A DNA stretch of 64,000 nucleotides. Origin: Patescibacteria group bacterium (GTDB taxonomy: Bacteria > Patescibacteriota > Patescibacteriia > Magasanikbacterales > GWA2-37-8). The notes under the pieces are model-generated. The model had not been told where the DNA came from and made no database searches. It worked only from the letters and a program-made list of their open reading frames with translations. The DNA lies in contig JBAZKA010000003.1 of the NCBI GenBank assembly GCA_041651015.1, forward strand, positions 42,572 to 106,571, given 5' to 3'. Of the stretch, positions 35,775 to 44,912 are shown piece after piece; within the stretch, counting starts at the first letter, position 1, and each line of letters starts with the position of its first letter. Position numbers and translations under genes: made by a program.

Positions 35775-37727
35775 TTATTTTACTACTTCGCCCTCTATCG
35801 GACCTTCATCAGTCTTTGGCGGCTCCTGTTGAGTATTTTGTTGGCCTGCCTGCCCGCCCGCCGAGGTGGGTCCGCCTTTGGCGGATTCGGCCTGGTACAT
35901 TTTTGTGCCGACCACTTGCGCGGCTTTAGACAATTCCTCGCCGGCTTTCTTGATCGCTTCCACATCATCTTTATCTTTTACTTCTTTCACTTTGGCGAGC
36001 GCGTCATTCACCGCCTTTTTCTCGTCATCGGTGATTAGTGGGGCTTTTCCGCCCGAGGCGGATCCGCCTTGGGCGGATTTCTCTTCCACGTCTTTCATCA
36101 TTTTTTCCGTGGTGTAAATCATGGTGTCAGCCAAATTGCGCGCCTCAATCAATTCTTGCTTTTTCTTGTCTTCGTCCGCGTGCGCTTCAGCTTCCTTTTT
36201 CATCTTTTCCACTTCATCTTTGGACAAACCGGACGAAGCGGTAATTTTAATTGATTGTTCTTTGCCTGTGGCTTTGTCTTTGGCTTTGACACTCAAAATT
36301 CCGTTCGCGTCAATGTCAAACGACACTTCAATTTGCGGAATACCGCGCGGAGCCGGCGGAATTCCGTCCAACATAAATCGTCCGAGAGTTTTGTTGTCAG
36401 ACGCCATCGGACGTTCGCCTTGGAGCACATGAATCTCCACACCCGGCTGGTTATCGGCCGCGGTGGAAAATACTTGCGTTTTTGATGTTGGAATCGTGGT
36501 GTTGCGTTCAATCAAACGCGTCATCACTTGCCCCATAGTTTCAAGACCGAGCGAAAGTGGCGTCACGTCCAAAAGTAAAATATCTTTAACTTCACCTTTG
36601 AGCACACCGCCTTGCACGCCCGCGCCAATCGCCACTACTTCATCCGGATTCACGGTGATGTTCGGCTTCTTGCCGAAAAACTTTTCCACGGTGGAAAGTA
36701 CGAGTGGCATGCGGGTCATACCACCGACCAACACCACTTCATTTATATCTTTTACATCAAGTTTAGCATCAGTCAAAGCATTGCGCACCGGGCCCAAAGT
36801 TTTTTCTACCAGATCACCAACCAATTCTTCCAGTTTCGCGCGGGTCAATTTCATGACCAAATGTTTCGGTCCGGTCGCGTCAGACGTGATAAACGGCTGA
36901 TTGATCTCGGATTCCATGGCTGTGGATAACTCAATCTTGGCTTTTTCCGCCGCTTCTTTGATGCGTTGCAGAGCCAAATTGTCTTTGCCCAAATCAACAC
37001 CGTTCTCGCGCTTGAATTCATCAATAATCCAATTAATCAAAACCTGGTCAAAATCATCACCGCCCAAATGCGTATCACCGTTGGTGGACAGCACCTGCAC
37101 GTTATCCGGCGCGACTTCCAAAATGGAAATGTCAAAAGTTCCACCGCCCAAATCATAGACCGCGATTTTTTGTTCAGTCTTTTTGTCAAAACCATAAGCC
37201 AAAGCGGCCGCAGTTGGTTCGTTCACAATGCGGAGCACATTGAGGCCGGCAATCACGCCCGCGTCCTTAGTCGCCTGGCGTTGCGAATCATCAAAATACG
37301 CCGGCACGGTAATGACCGCGTCAGTAATTTTCTCGCCGATTCGTTCTTCGGCATCGGCTTTCATTTTTTGCAAAATCATAGCCGAAATTTCTTGCGGAGA
37401 ATATTCGCTTCCTTGCATCGCCACTTTCACGCCCTCGCCCGCTTGCACAATTTTGTACGGCATCAATTTCAAATCACGTTGGACTTCGGCGTCGTTAAAA
37501 TGACGGCCGATGAGGCGTTTGATGGAATACAAAGTGTTTTCCGGATTAGTGACAGCTTGGCGTTTAGCCAGTTGGCCGACCAGGCGTTCACCTGATTTTG
37601 AAATTGCCACGATTGACGGCGTCGTACGCGCCCCCTCTTTGTTTTCCAACACCTTTGGCTGACCGCCTTCAATGATGGCCATGCAGGAGTTGGTTGTACC
37701 CAGATCTATTCCTAATACTTTAGACAT
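35775..37727 (-). CDS. dnaK: chaperone DnaK (Hsp70)
   Basis: 'GIDLGTTNS', 'DLGGGTFD', and '[11 protein letters not shown]'. Confidence 0.95.
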   Translation of the reverse strand: MSKVLGIDLGTTNSCMAIIEGGQPKVLENKEGARTTPSIVAISKSGERLVGQLAKRQAVTNPENTLYSIKRLIGRHFNDAEVQRDLKLMPYKIVQAGEGVKVAMQGSEYSPQEISAMILQKMKADAEERIGEKITDAVITVPAYFDDSQRQATKDAGVIAGLNVLRIVNEPTAAALAYGFDKKTEQKIAVYDLGGGTFDISILEVAPDNVQVLSTNGDTHLGGDDFDQVLINWIIDEFKRENGVDLGKDNLALQRIKEAAEKAKIELSTAMESEINQPFITSDATGPKHLVMKLTRAKLEELVGDLVEKTLGPVRNALTDAKLDVKDINEVVLVGGMTRMPLVLSTVEKFFGKKPNITVNPDEVVAIGAGVQGGVLKGEVKDILLLDVTPLSLGLETMGQVMTRLIERNTTIPTSKTQVFSTAADNQPGVEIHVLQGERPMASDNKTLGRFMLDGIPPAPRGIPQIEVSFDIDANGILSVKAKDKATGKEQSIKITASSGLSKDEVEKMKKEAEAHADEDKKKQELIEARNLADTMIYTTEKMMKDVEEKSAQGGSASGGKAPLITDDEKKAVNDALAKVKEVKDKDDVEAIKKAGEELSKAAQVVGTKMYQAESAKGGPTSAGGQAGQQNTQQEPPKTDEGPIEGEVVK

Positions 37728-37759
37728 ATATAATGTGTTAAATTATTATTTATTTTAAA

Positions 37760-38827
37760 TTAGTTACCCATCGCCTTCCTCAATTCCGGATCTAAATCGT
37801 CTTCCGCATACTGCTTTGCAATTTTGTCAATAACAATGAATGGCTGCGGACCTTCACAATAAGTGGAAATTTCTGACAACGATACTTCCGCCATTTTTGT
37901 GGGGGATGTTTTTCTTAATTTATTCAATAAATCTTCGCTTACATTATCTTCAGTTAAATATGTAAGTAAACCGTTATTGGCAAGCGCGGCTGCATCACCA
38001 GAGGCAAATAGGCGTTGAAAGATTATGGGTAAGTTATCTGTATCAAAATTATAAATATGAAATACATATGGGGCACAATAGGGGTTGTAAGGATTGTTGT
38101 CGGCGTCGCATTTTTCTTCTTCAAACCAGCCACGCACGGTGGTACTGCCGCTATATATTGGCCCAAAACAATCATCCATTGGGTTACCATGAGTCATTTC
38201 CCAATATTTGTTATCGCCGTTCGTGTTCTTGTCGCTATCTATTACGGGAAACTGCCTAATAGAAACGTAAAGACTGTCCCTGCCAGACATGGCCGATTGG
38301 ATATTTAAATTTATCGGATTATCCACGGTAGCCTTTTTTAGCCCCGATAACACGCTCTCTTGAGATATGAACAATGGATCCCAGCGCAATACAACTTTGC
38401 TAACATTTCCGCCATAAACTTTTATCGGCAATTTATCCAAATCAGACTGATCAATGCCTAAGACGTACGCATTGTCGTAACCGTCCCCCAATTCATTAAC
38501 CCATATTACTTTGATTGACGCATTACCAATATATGAAGAATCTCCGATTTTTTTCCATGTTCCGACAGATTGAAAGGCAGTGCTCGCATCATTTTGTTCA
38601 GGCTCTAATATGCCAGCGTCACTATTGCGAGCATCATACATATTGCTCTGATTCTCTTCAATATTTTCGTCAGCAACGTTGGATGAAGACCGATTAATGT
38701 CCTGTGATTTATTTTTGGCCAACAAAAACCCGAAATAAATCACAACTACTATCACCCCAACAAAAACTACCGCCGCGATAATATGCACGGTCAATAATTT
38801 TTTGTTGTTTTTTAGGATTTCGAACAT
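37760..38827 (-). CDS. hypothetical N-terminally anchored exported protein (355 aa), 32 bp upstream of dnaK
   Basis: TM 'LLTVHIIAAVVFVGVIVVVIYFGFLLA'. Cys-containing, Asn/Asp-rich ectodomain. No motif recognised. Confidence 0.45.
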   Translation of the reverse strand: MFEILKNNKKLLTVHIIAAVVFVGVIVVVIYFGFLLAKNKSQDINRSSSNVADENIEENQSNMYDARNSDAGILEPEQNDASTAFQSVGTWKKIGDSSYIGNASIKVIWVNELGDGYDNAYVLGIDQSDLDKLPIKVYGGNVSKVVLRWDPLFISQESVLSGLKKATVDNPINLNIQSAMSGRDSLYVSIRQFPVIDSDKNTNGDNKYWEMTHGNPMDDCFGPIYSGSTTVRGWFEEEKCDADNNPYNPYCAPYVFHIYNFDTDNLPIIFQRLFASGDAAALANNGLLTYLTEDNVSEDLLNKLRKTSPTKMAEVSLSEISTYCEGPQPFIVIDKIAKQYAEDDLDPELRKAMGN

Positions 38828-38831
38828 ATTT

Positions 38832-39044
38832 TCATTTTTTTAACTCCCACGGAGTATTGCAAACAATTTTGTATAAAATTTTCATTTTTTCTACCGACAA
38901 TTCAACCAACTTTTCCATTTCTTTTCTCGCCTGTGCGCTTTTTACCGAATGGCCGATTTGCGAATATTTTTCTTGCAAACGGCCTTCCGCGGCCAAAGCT
39001 TCACAGACATCATGCAACTTCGGTTTATTTTCGTTTTTGGACAT
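38832..39044 (-). CDS. hypothetical small protein (70 aa)
   Basis: ORF only. 4-nt gap to the downstream gene. Confidence 0.35.
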   Translation of the reverse strand: MSKNENKPKLHDVCEALAAEGRLQEKYSQIGHSVKSAQARKEMEKLVELSVEKMKILYKIVCNTPWELKK

Positions 39045-39061
39045 ATGACTAAAATAAATTA

Positions 39062-39532
39062 TTAAATTTTTTTCTTCATTAACATTCTAAAATCTTCAAA
39101 GCCCCACTTTTTATAAATATCGCGGGCAAAATTTGTATGCATGACATTCAAAGAAACATACTTGACGCGGCGCTGTTTGAAATATTTCATTGAACACAAA
39201 AAGAGCGCTTTGGCAATCCCGTTCTTCCGATACTTTTTTTCAACATACAAACTGCGGATAAATCCTTGGCGTGGCATAACTTTCACTCCGTCCTGTTTGC
39301 CGTCATCAATACGAAACTGGACATATCCGGCCAGCACGCCATCCAAAAGGGCGAGATAAAACAAATCCTTTTTATTATTCATCAATTTCTTTAACGCTTT
39401 TTCATCTCTCAACTTTAGAAAATCATAAAAATACTTTTTAACAAAAACTTTTTGACTACTACTAAAATCATTCTCAAAACCGGCGAGTGTCTTCGCGTCT
39501 TTTTTTGTGGCTTTTATGATTTTTACGATCAT
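39062..39532 (-). CDS. GNAT-family N-acetyltransferase
   Basis: 'QFRIDD...IRSLYVEKKYRKNGIAKALF' (the acetyl-CoA-binding motif A). The start is taken at the ATG MIVKIIKA, not the upstream TTG in the track ORF. Confidence 0.75.
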   Translation of the reverse strand: MIVKIIKATKKDAKTLAGFENDFSSSQKVFVKKYFYDFLKLRDEKALKKLMNNKKDLFYLALLDGVLAGYVQFRIDDGKQDGVKVMPRQGFIRSLYVEKKYRKNGIAKALFLCSMKYFKQRRVKYVSLNVMHTNFARDIYKKWGFEDFRMLMKKKI

Positions 39533-39543
39533 ATTATTATCTC

Positions 39544-39572
39544 TTGACAAAACCGACAATCTGTATTATAAT
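39544..39572 (+). promoter_or_regulatory. perfect-consensus sigma70 promoter TTGACA-17-TATAAT (plus strand, orphan)
   Basis: 'TTGACAaaaccgacaatctgtatTATAAT'. Both neighbouring genes are on the minus strand. Confidence 0.6.
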
Positions 39573-39579
39573 TCAATTA

Positions 39580-39640
39580 ATCACGATGAGAGGACTACCA
39601 AAGGGTTTCGTCCCGAGGGAATGCCTCTTTTTTGTTTTAT
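39580..39640 (+). ncRNA. candidate about 55-60 nt sRNA (or 21-aa micro-ORF MRGLPKGFVPRECLFFVLSFF) driven by the 39544 promoter, ending at hairpin + T-run
   Basis: Predicted TSS about 7 nt after the -10. 'gagggaatgcctc' followed by 'ttttttgtttt' at 39615-39640. Confidence 0.35.
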
Positions 39641-40125
39641 CTTTTTTCTAATTTTGTTTTAAATAACTGGATATTTACAATATACTTGCTGAATTTTCGT
39701 AACAACGAGGAATAACGGAAATTTGGCACCACCACTTTTGATAATTTTTCTTTGTCGTTCAGATATTCCAGCAAGCAATGAAAGTCGCCATCGCCACTCA
39801 CAATGAGAGCCTGTTCATAATTCGGAAACTCAATCATCGTATGCAAAACTAATTCCGCATCAACGTTTCCTTTTATCTGAACTTTATTCCCATATTTTAC
39901 CTCCAGTGTTGGCTTGAACACGCAAATATATCCGGCGTCTTGCAGGGATGTATATAATTGCTGGTTACCTGGAACAAAACCAATAAACAGAAACGCTTTG
40001 CTAATGTGATACTTATCTTCAAGAAAAACTCTAAACCTCTTGAAATCCAGCAACCACCCTTGACTTTTTACACCTAAATTAAGATTTTGACTGTCAATGA
40101 ACGCAAAATTATTTGGCCTCGCCAT
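39637..40125 (-). CDS. NYN/LabA-like (DUF88) nuclease-domain protein
   Basis: 'FAFIDSQNL', 'KGNVDAELVLHTM', and 'IVSGDGDFHCLLEYL'. Confidence 0.7.
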   Translation of the reverse strand: MARPNNFAFIDSQNLNLGVKSQGWLLDFKRFRVFLEDKYHISKAFLFIGFVPGNQQLYTSLQDAGYICVFKPTLEVKYGNKVQIKGNVDAELVLHTMIEFPNYEQALIVSGDGDFHCLLEYLNDKEKLSKVVVPNFRYSSLLRKFSKYIVNIQLFKTKLEKR

Positions 40126-40202
40126 ATTTTCCCTCCTTAAAAATTAAATTTTTTCTCCCCGATTCATCCGCGAAATTATTCGCGAATGTGCGGAAAGACA
40201 AA

Positions 40203-40628
40203 TTATTTTTTCACAATTTTAACATCCACTTTATTCGTCTTTGATTGCGTCGCTTTCGGACAAGTAATTCTCAAAATACCATCTTTAAATTCAGCCGCGG
40301 TTTTGTCGTCCAAAACCGGCGCGGGCAAAGCAATCTCGCGATAAAACGTGCCACTGCGAACTTCTTTACGGTAATAATTTTTTTCTTCAACTTCGTGTTC
40401 TTTTTTGGTTTCACCGCGAAGCGTGAGCACGCCTTTTTCCACACTCACTTGCACATCCTCAGGGCGCATACCGGCGAGCGGGGCTTCCACCACCACGGCA
40501 TTGTCTGTCTCATAAATATCCACTGCCGGCACAAAGGCCTTGAGCGAAGGATTGACGGCCGGCAAACGCATTGACTCATCCAATTCCGCGAACGGATCCC
40601 ACATCGGAGACCAACGGATTAAACTCAT
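40203..40628 (-). CDS. Hsp20/alpha-crystallin small heat-shock protein
   Basis: 'AVDIYETDNAVVVEAPLAGMRPEDVQVSVEKGVLTLRGE' alpha-crystallin domain. SD 'aaaaaggag' lies 8 nt before the ATG at 40628. The track ORF begins upstream at 40721. Confidence 0.8.
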   Translation of the reverse strand: MSLIRWSPMWDPFAELDESMRLPAVNPSLKAFVPAVDIYETDNAVVVEAPLAGMRPEDVQVSVEKGVLTLRGETKKEHEVEEKNYYRKEVRSGTFYREIALPAPVLDDKTAAEFKDGILRITCPKATQSKTNKVDVKIVKK

Positions 40629-40722
40629 ATTAAACTCCTTTTTCCCATTTATTACCGCGAGGTAAAAAATGAATATTAATATATTATTGGAAATTTGGCA
40701 TTTGGCATTTGACATTAACAAA

Positions 40723-41340
40723 CTATTTCGCGAGCATAACCCTTGCGGCCTTAATCACTCTGTCCCCCATCTTAAAACCACCGGAAATTTCTTTGACGAT
40801 TTCGTCTTCGCCCGCGCCTTCAATCGTTTCATGCCCGACCGCCTCATGATATTTCGGGTCAAACTTTTCACCAACAGTTTTTATTTCTTCAACGCCGTGC
40901 GCTTTCATAATATCAGCAAATTGTTTGAGCACGTGATTCACGCCGTCAAGCCAAGGATTATTTTCACCCGCGACTCCGCTCGTGGACATTTTCAAATGCT
41001 CGTAAACCGGAATAAATTCTTCCAATATCTGCTGTTCACTCATTTGCGCCCATTCGGCCCGGCGGGCCAAAGTTTCTTTTTGTAAATTTTGATAATCCGC
41101 CAGAGCTCTCTGCCAGCCAATTTTATATTCTTCAGCTTCGGCTTTTACCCTGTTAAATTCAGCTTCGCTGACGCCCCCAAGGGGCGATTTAACAGGGTTA
41201 ACTTTTTCACAATTCTTGCAGGTCTTGTGAAAAAATGATTTTTTTTCCGCTACTGCATCACCCCGAAGGGATTCCTCCGCTTCATTCGCTTCGCTCGCTC
41301 CGGTCGGAATGACAGGTGGAATATTTTGTTCGTCAGACAT
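40723..41340 (-). CDS. grpE: nucleotide exchange factor GrpE (N-terminal about 65 codons composed of repeat elements; true start uncertain)
   Basis: C-terminal GrpE core 'WQRALADYQNLQKE...KMSTSGVAGENNPWLDGVNHVLKQF...GHETIEGAGEDEIVKEI..GFKMGDRVIKAARV'. Confidence 0.8.
   Translation of the reverse strand: MSDEQNIPPVIPTGASEANEAEESLRGDAVAEKKSFFHKTCKNCEKVNPVKSPLGGVSEAEFNRVKAEAEEYKIGWQRALADYQNLQKETLARRAEWAQMSEQQILEEFIPVYEHLKMSTSGVAGENNPWLDGVNHVLKQFADIMKAHGVEEIKTVGEKFDPKYHEAVGHETIEGAGEDEIVKEISGGFKMGDRVIKAARVMLAK
41148..41197. repeat. family-2 inverted-repeat element (CCCTGTTAAAT...CGCCCCCAAGGGGCG...ATTTAACAGGG) inside the grpE 5' coding region
   Basis: Matches 9281-9335. Would be translated as NPVKSPLGGVSEAEF. 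Confidence 0.55.
41255..41318. repeat. module-A palindromic repeat (CCCGAAGGGATTCCTCCGCTTC...CGGAATGACAGG) inside the grpE 5' coding region
   Basis: Matches 7871-7908. Would be translated as PTGASEANEAEESLRGDAV. Confidence 0.6.
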
Positions 41341-41344
41341 AATT

Positions 41345-42040
41345 TTACAATGAATTTTTTATTTTATTCAAAATCGCCAAATTCTTTTTGTAATCCATAC
41401 GTACCGGACCCAAAATCACAAACATGCCTTCTTTGGTATCGGCCAACCGCGCCGCCACCACGCTCAAATATCCGCCAAACGGATGCTCATTGCCAATATA
41501 AATTTTCGGCTCGGCGGTAATCTTTGATTCAAAACGGCCAAGGCATTCCTCGCACTGGTCAAACATGCGCGAAGTGTTGACAACCATTTCCGCGTTTATA
41601 AATTCCGGCTTTTCAAACAAATTGGAAAATCCCGTGTAATAAATTCTGTCCAGTGTAAAAGCGACAATCACCGCGTCGCGCGATATGGCCGAGGCTTCTT
41701 TAGCCGTGGATTTGCAAATTGATTCACGTTCATCGGCCAACGACATTGTTCGTTCCATTCTCTCGCTATCTTTGGCAGATAATTTGATTTTGGAATCATC
41801 TATGGAATCCACGTAAAACCGATAACCAAGCTCAGTCGGAATTCGGCCCGCGGAAGTGTGCGGATGAGTCAAGTATCCGGCTTCTTCCAACGCCCGCAAA
41901 TCATTTCTGATAGTCGCTTCGCTCCAACCAATTTTTTCCTCGTATGCCAAAAATTTGGACCCGACCGGTTCGGCCGAATGGATAAAACTCTCAATTACGA
42001 GAATCAGTAATTCTTCTTGTCTCGGGTCTAATTCCGGCAT
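41345..42040 (-). CDS. hrcA: heat-inducible transcription repressor HrcA
   Basis: 'ELLILVIESFIHSAEPVGSKFL' winged HTH. Length about 230 aa. CIRCE operator immediately upstream. Confidence 0.85.
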   Translation of the reverse strand: MPELDPRQEELLILVIESFIHSAEPVGSKFLAYEEKIGWSEATIRNDLRALEEAGYLTHPHTSAGRIPTELGYRFYVDSIDDSKIKLSAKDSERMERTMSLADERESICKSTAKEASAISRDAVIVAFTLDRIYYTGFSNLFEKPEFINAEMVVNTSRMFDQCEECLGRFESKITAEPKIYIGNEHPFGGYLSVVAARLADTKEGMFVILGPVRMDYKKNLAILNKIKNSL

Positions 42041-42049
42041 ATTGGTAAT

Positions 42050-42076
42050 TTATCACTCATACGTCTTGAGTGATAA
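42050..42076. promoter_or_regulatory. CIRCE operator (TTATCACTC-N9-GAGTGATAA) upstream of hrcA
   Basis: A perfect 9-9-9 inverted repeat matching the CIRCE consensus TTAGCACTC-N9-GAGTGCTAA at 16 of 18 positions. Lies between the -10 and the hrcA ATG. Confidence 0.75.
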
Positions 42077-42102
42077 TACACCAAACACGTCCACAGTGTC
42101 AA
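42073..42102 (-). promoter_or_regulatory. hrcA promoter TTGACA-18-TATTAT overlapping CIRCE
   Basis: Minus strand: 'TTGACActgtggacgtgtttggtgTATTAT'. Confidence 0.55.
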
Positions 42103-42285
42103 GAGACCAGTTTTGTAGCTAAAATAGCACAATAGCGAGGCGAAACAAATATATGTTTATGACAACTGCGGAGCGGGTTTAACACCCGCGAGCATTAGGG
42201 CGACGAACCGATTATCTGACATATGAGCCATCATATTTAGAGGAGACCCGTGTCAGAAACATATATTTGTAGAGCTGAGCGTCTG

Positions 42286-42323
42286 CAAACAAAAAAATCC
42301 CTCAGCGCAAGGCTGAAGGATTT
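42286..42323 (-). terminator. rho-independent terminator of the SPFH gene
   Basis: Minus strand: hairpin 'aaatccttcagccttgcgctgagggattt' followed by 'tttttttgtttg'. Confidence 0.6.
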
Positions 42324-42336
42324 TTAACGTTATTTT

Positions 42337-42906
42337 TTAGTTTATTGTCTGTATCTCACTCAAGAGCACATTTTCCACATAAATACCGCGGGTGTAAAAG
42401 ATGCTTTCCAATTCTTGTTTCAACATCTCCTCCACCTCATCACGCCGTCCCCCGACAATATCCTGATAATTAAACCTGGAATAAACCATACGTATACGCG
42501 AACGGATAGTCGGACGGACAATCTTTTCCACGAAATCCTCACCAATCGTTTGCCAAATAAGCGGTACCTGATGCACATCCAGACGAAGTAAAATCGTACC
42601 TTCGGTGCTGACGCGTTTGCCGTCCATGGTAATGGCGGCAATCGGAATATCCCCCAAAGATCGCGGCATATCTGCGTTGAATTGGCGCGAGATGCTATAT
42701 TCCAAAGTTTGTGTGTTGAACAATTTAGCTTTTTGCCAAAACGGAATTTTTAGGTGCAAACCCGGAGTCAAAACCTTTTTCAAAACTCCCCGTCCCAAAT
42801 CATAAACGCAAGCCACATATCCCGGCGGGACATGAATAAAAAAGCCCTTCAAAACATCCTCCACCACGAACGAATACATCAGCTTATCCAAGGAATCTCC
42901 GGACAT
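42337..42906 (-). CDS. SPFH/band-7 (prohibitin-like) domain protein
   Basis: 'VSTEGTILLRLDVHQVPLIWQTIGEDFVEKIVRPTIRSRIRMVYSRFNYQDIV' is a typical SPFH core. Confidence 0.65.
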   Translation of the reverse strand: MSGDSLDKLMYSFVVEDVLKGFFIHVPPGYVACVYDLGRGVLKKVLTPGLHLKIPFWQKAKLFNTQTLEYSISRQFNADMPRSLGDIPIAAITMDGKRVSTEGTILLRLDVHQVPLIWQTIGEDFVEKIVRPTIRSRIRMVYSRFNYQDIVGGRRDEVEEMLKQELESIFYTRGIYVENVLLSEIQTIN

Positions 42907-42916
42907 AGTATTAAAA

Positions 42917-43630
42917 TTATTTTTTTGCCGTTTCGGCAGCGGGTTTCGCAGCCGGCACGAGCAAATGACGCAATAAAGACAATATATCAGAAAATACCAT
43001 TGTGGTCAAGATAAAGAGGGATTTGGCCATGGGTAGCATCCAAAGTAAAACAAACGTAAAGATTGGAAATAACACCAAAAAAACCGCTTCCGACTTCTGC
43101 CAATTCTTGTCCGTAATTTTTTGAAACAAATTCATCACGAACAAATACAACCCGCAAATGCCCGCCCAAAGCACGTCATGGACTTCACCGACATTATGAC
43201 CATAAAAATTATTATTAATCAGTCCCGGAAAACTTACAGACGGATACAACAGTTGTATTAATTTTTCCCCAAAAATTCCTCCGACAAAAACATAATACAA
43301 AAGCAAAAATACTAAAAATTGAAGCAAAAGCACGATTGATTTCGCCCAAGGCGAAACCCGATTTTTCTTCATCATTTTTCTGTATTCTTCTTTTTCCGCT
43401 TCCGGATCGTTTTTGAACGAAGCGGCCACGCGCCGCGCTTCTTCTTCAACTTTCTTTTGACGGTCCGAATCACGCCCGGAAATTATGGACAGAGGTAATA
43501 GAACCACGCGTAAACATACGGTCAAAATAATTACAGCCCAGCCCATATTCTGATGGGCCAAAGTGTTATAAATCCAAACCAAGGCGTTTAATAGTGGCTG
43601 AAACAAACAAACAGACCAAATAAATCCCAT
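42917..43630 (-). CDS. yidC: membrane protein insertase YidC (short form)
   Basis: 'LNALVWIYNTLAHQNMGWAVIILTVCLRVVLLPLSI' is the conserved YidC TM2/3 region. 5 TM helices and a charged loop. Confidence 0.7.
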   Translation of the reverse strand: MGFIWSVCLFQPLLNALVWIYNTLAHQNMGWAVIILTVCLRVVLLPLSIISGRDSDRQKKVEEEARRVAASFKNDPEAEKEEYRKMMKKNRVSPWAKSIVLLLQFLVFLLLYYVFVGGIFGEKLIQLLYPSVSFPGLINNNFYGHNVGEVHDVLWAGICGLYLFVMNLFQKITDKNWQKSEAVFLVLFPIFTFVLLWMLPMAKSLFILTTMVFSDILSLLRHLLVPAAKPAAETAKK

Positions 43631-43631
43631 A

Positions 43632-44327
43632 TTATAATTTCAATAAATCAATAATGTAATCTCTAAATCTTAATTGTTCGGACAGAGGATTTTCCACTTC
43701 AATCGCGGCAATTGATGGAAACATTTCGCGCGGATAATTCTTTAGATAATTAAATCGTTCATTTGATTCGGCGTGATGATAATCTAATCTACCAACCGTC
43801 TGTTTTAATCCGTGCCAAATTTTTTCCACCGGTTTTAAATAAATTGCCGCAATGTGCGCGCAACCGACTTTACCTTTCTCGATCGTGGCCACGACTTGTT
43901 TGTAATTTTCTTCATTCGTCAATCTGGCATTCTCCAAATGCGAAAAGTCTAAACAAATACCGGCAAAACCGCTCAAATCATTTTCTTTTAAATCCCAAAT
44001 ATTTTCCACATAAATTTGATCGCGATATTTAGACAAGGATTCATTGCGCCCCTCTCCCCGGTCGGGATGAATATTAAATATTTCCGCGCCCCATCTTTCA
44101 ACGAAATACTTTATCTCATTTTCATCCATGTCCTCTTCGCGTAAATGCACGAACGGTATTTTTTGCAAATCAGTCTTTTCCAATAATTTGTAAAGTTCTT
44201 GGCGTTCATCGTGTTCAATCGCGGTTGGAAATAATGCAATTTCTTTCAGACCGAGCGCGTCAATTTCATTTATCTTATTCCTCCATTCATCTTTAACAAG
44301 CGTAGTCAGAGTCGGCAATAATTTCAT
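43632..44327 (-). CDS. hypothetical protein (231 aa)
   Basis: ORF only. 1-nt gap to yidC, and overlaps the pgsA-like end. Confidence 0.45.
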   Translation of the reverse strand: MKLLPTLTTLVKDEWRNKINEIDALGLKEIALFPTAIEHDERQELYKLLEKTDLQKIPFVHLREEDMDENEIKYFVERWGAEIFNIHPDRGEGRNESLSKYRDQIYVENIWDLKENDLSGFAGICLDFSHLENARLTNEENYKQVVATIEKGKVGCAHIAAIYLKPVEKIWHGLKQTVGRLDYHHAESNERFNYLKNYPREMFPSIAAIEVENPLSEQLRFRDYIIDLLKL

Positions 44328-44911
44328 ATGCTATAAGTAAATAAGGATATTATGGCGAAAGCAATGGCCATGTAAAATGACCCGCGCGACACTGGAATCA
44401 AGGCATCAAAATTAAACGCGAGCGATAGGAGCAAAAAAACCACACCAACCACCTGCAAAATCATCTTGATTTTTCCCCAAAAATTTGACTGGACGTCCAC
44501 ACCATCGCGCCTCTTAACCAAGGCCGCTACAATAATTATGCTCTCCAGAATAATTATCACCCAAGCGGTAAAAAAGTCAACATATTTAAGCACCAGAACA
44601 AATACGACTGTGCAGATTAAAAACTTATCAGCCAGGGGGTCAAATAACTTCCCCCAGGCGGTAATTTGGTTGCGCGTTCTGGCCAAAGCGCCATCCAAGG
44701 CGTCGGTCAGGGCGGCGGCCAGAAACAAAATCAAACCAACCCAATAATTTCCCATCCAGATAAATAACGCCACCCACGGCACCATTATCAGGCGCACGGC
44801 GGTCAAATAATTCGGCCTGACTTTGTGAGGGATAAGCCTAAGCAATGTCCGGCTGAAAATCTTATCAGTCAAATAAATTTTTATCGGCTGTCCTCCCCCT
44901 TCGTTGGTCAT
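44324..44911 (-). CDS. CDP-alcohol phosphatidyltransferase (PgsA-like)
   Basis: 'DALDGALARTRNQITAWGKLFDPLADK' (D-G-x2-A-R-x8-G-x3-D-x3-D). Confidence 0.8.
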   Translation of the reverse strand: MTNEGGGQPIKIYLTDKIFSRTLLRLIPHKVRPNYLTAVRLIMVPWVALFIWMGNYWVGLILFLAAALTDALDGALARTRNQITAWGKLFDPLADKFLICTVVFVLVLKYVDFFTAWVIIILESIIIVAALVKRRDGVDVQSNFWGKIKMILQVVGVVFLLLSLAFNFDALIPVSRGSFYMAIAFAIISLFTYSI

Positions 44912-44912
44912 A

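Noticed and set aside
36038-37595. Multiple 60-210 aa ORFs antisense or overlapping within dnaK/dnaJ
   Set aside because: Typical shadow ORFs inside GC-biased, highly conserved chaperone genes.
39533-39559. Longer GNAT ORF starting at 39559 (MSVLSRDNN...)
   Set aside because: The codon at 39559 is TTG and overlaps the plus-strand consensus promoter. The ATG at 39532 gives a standard-length GNAT.
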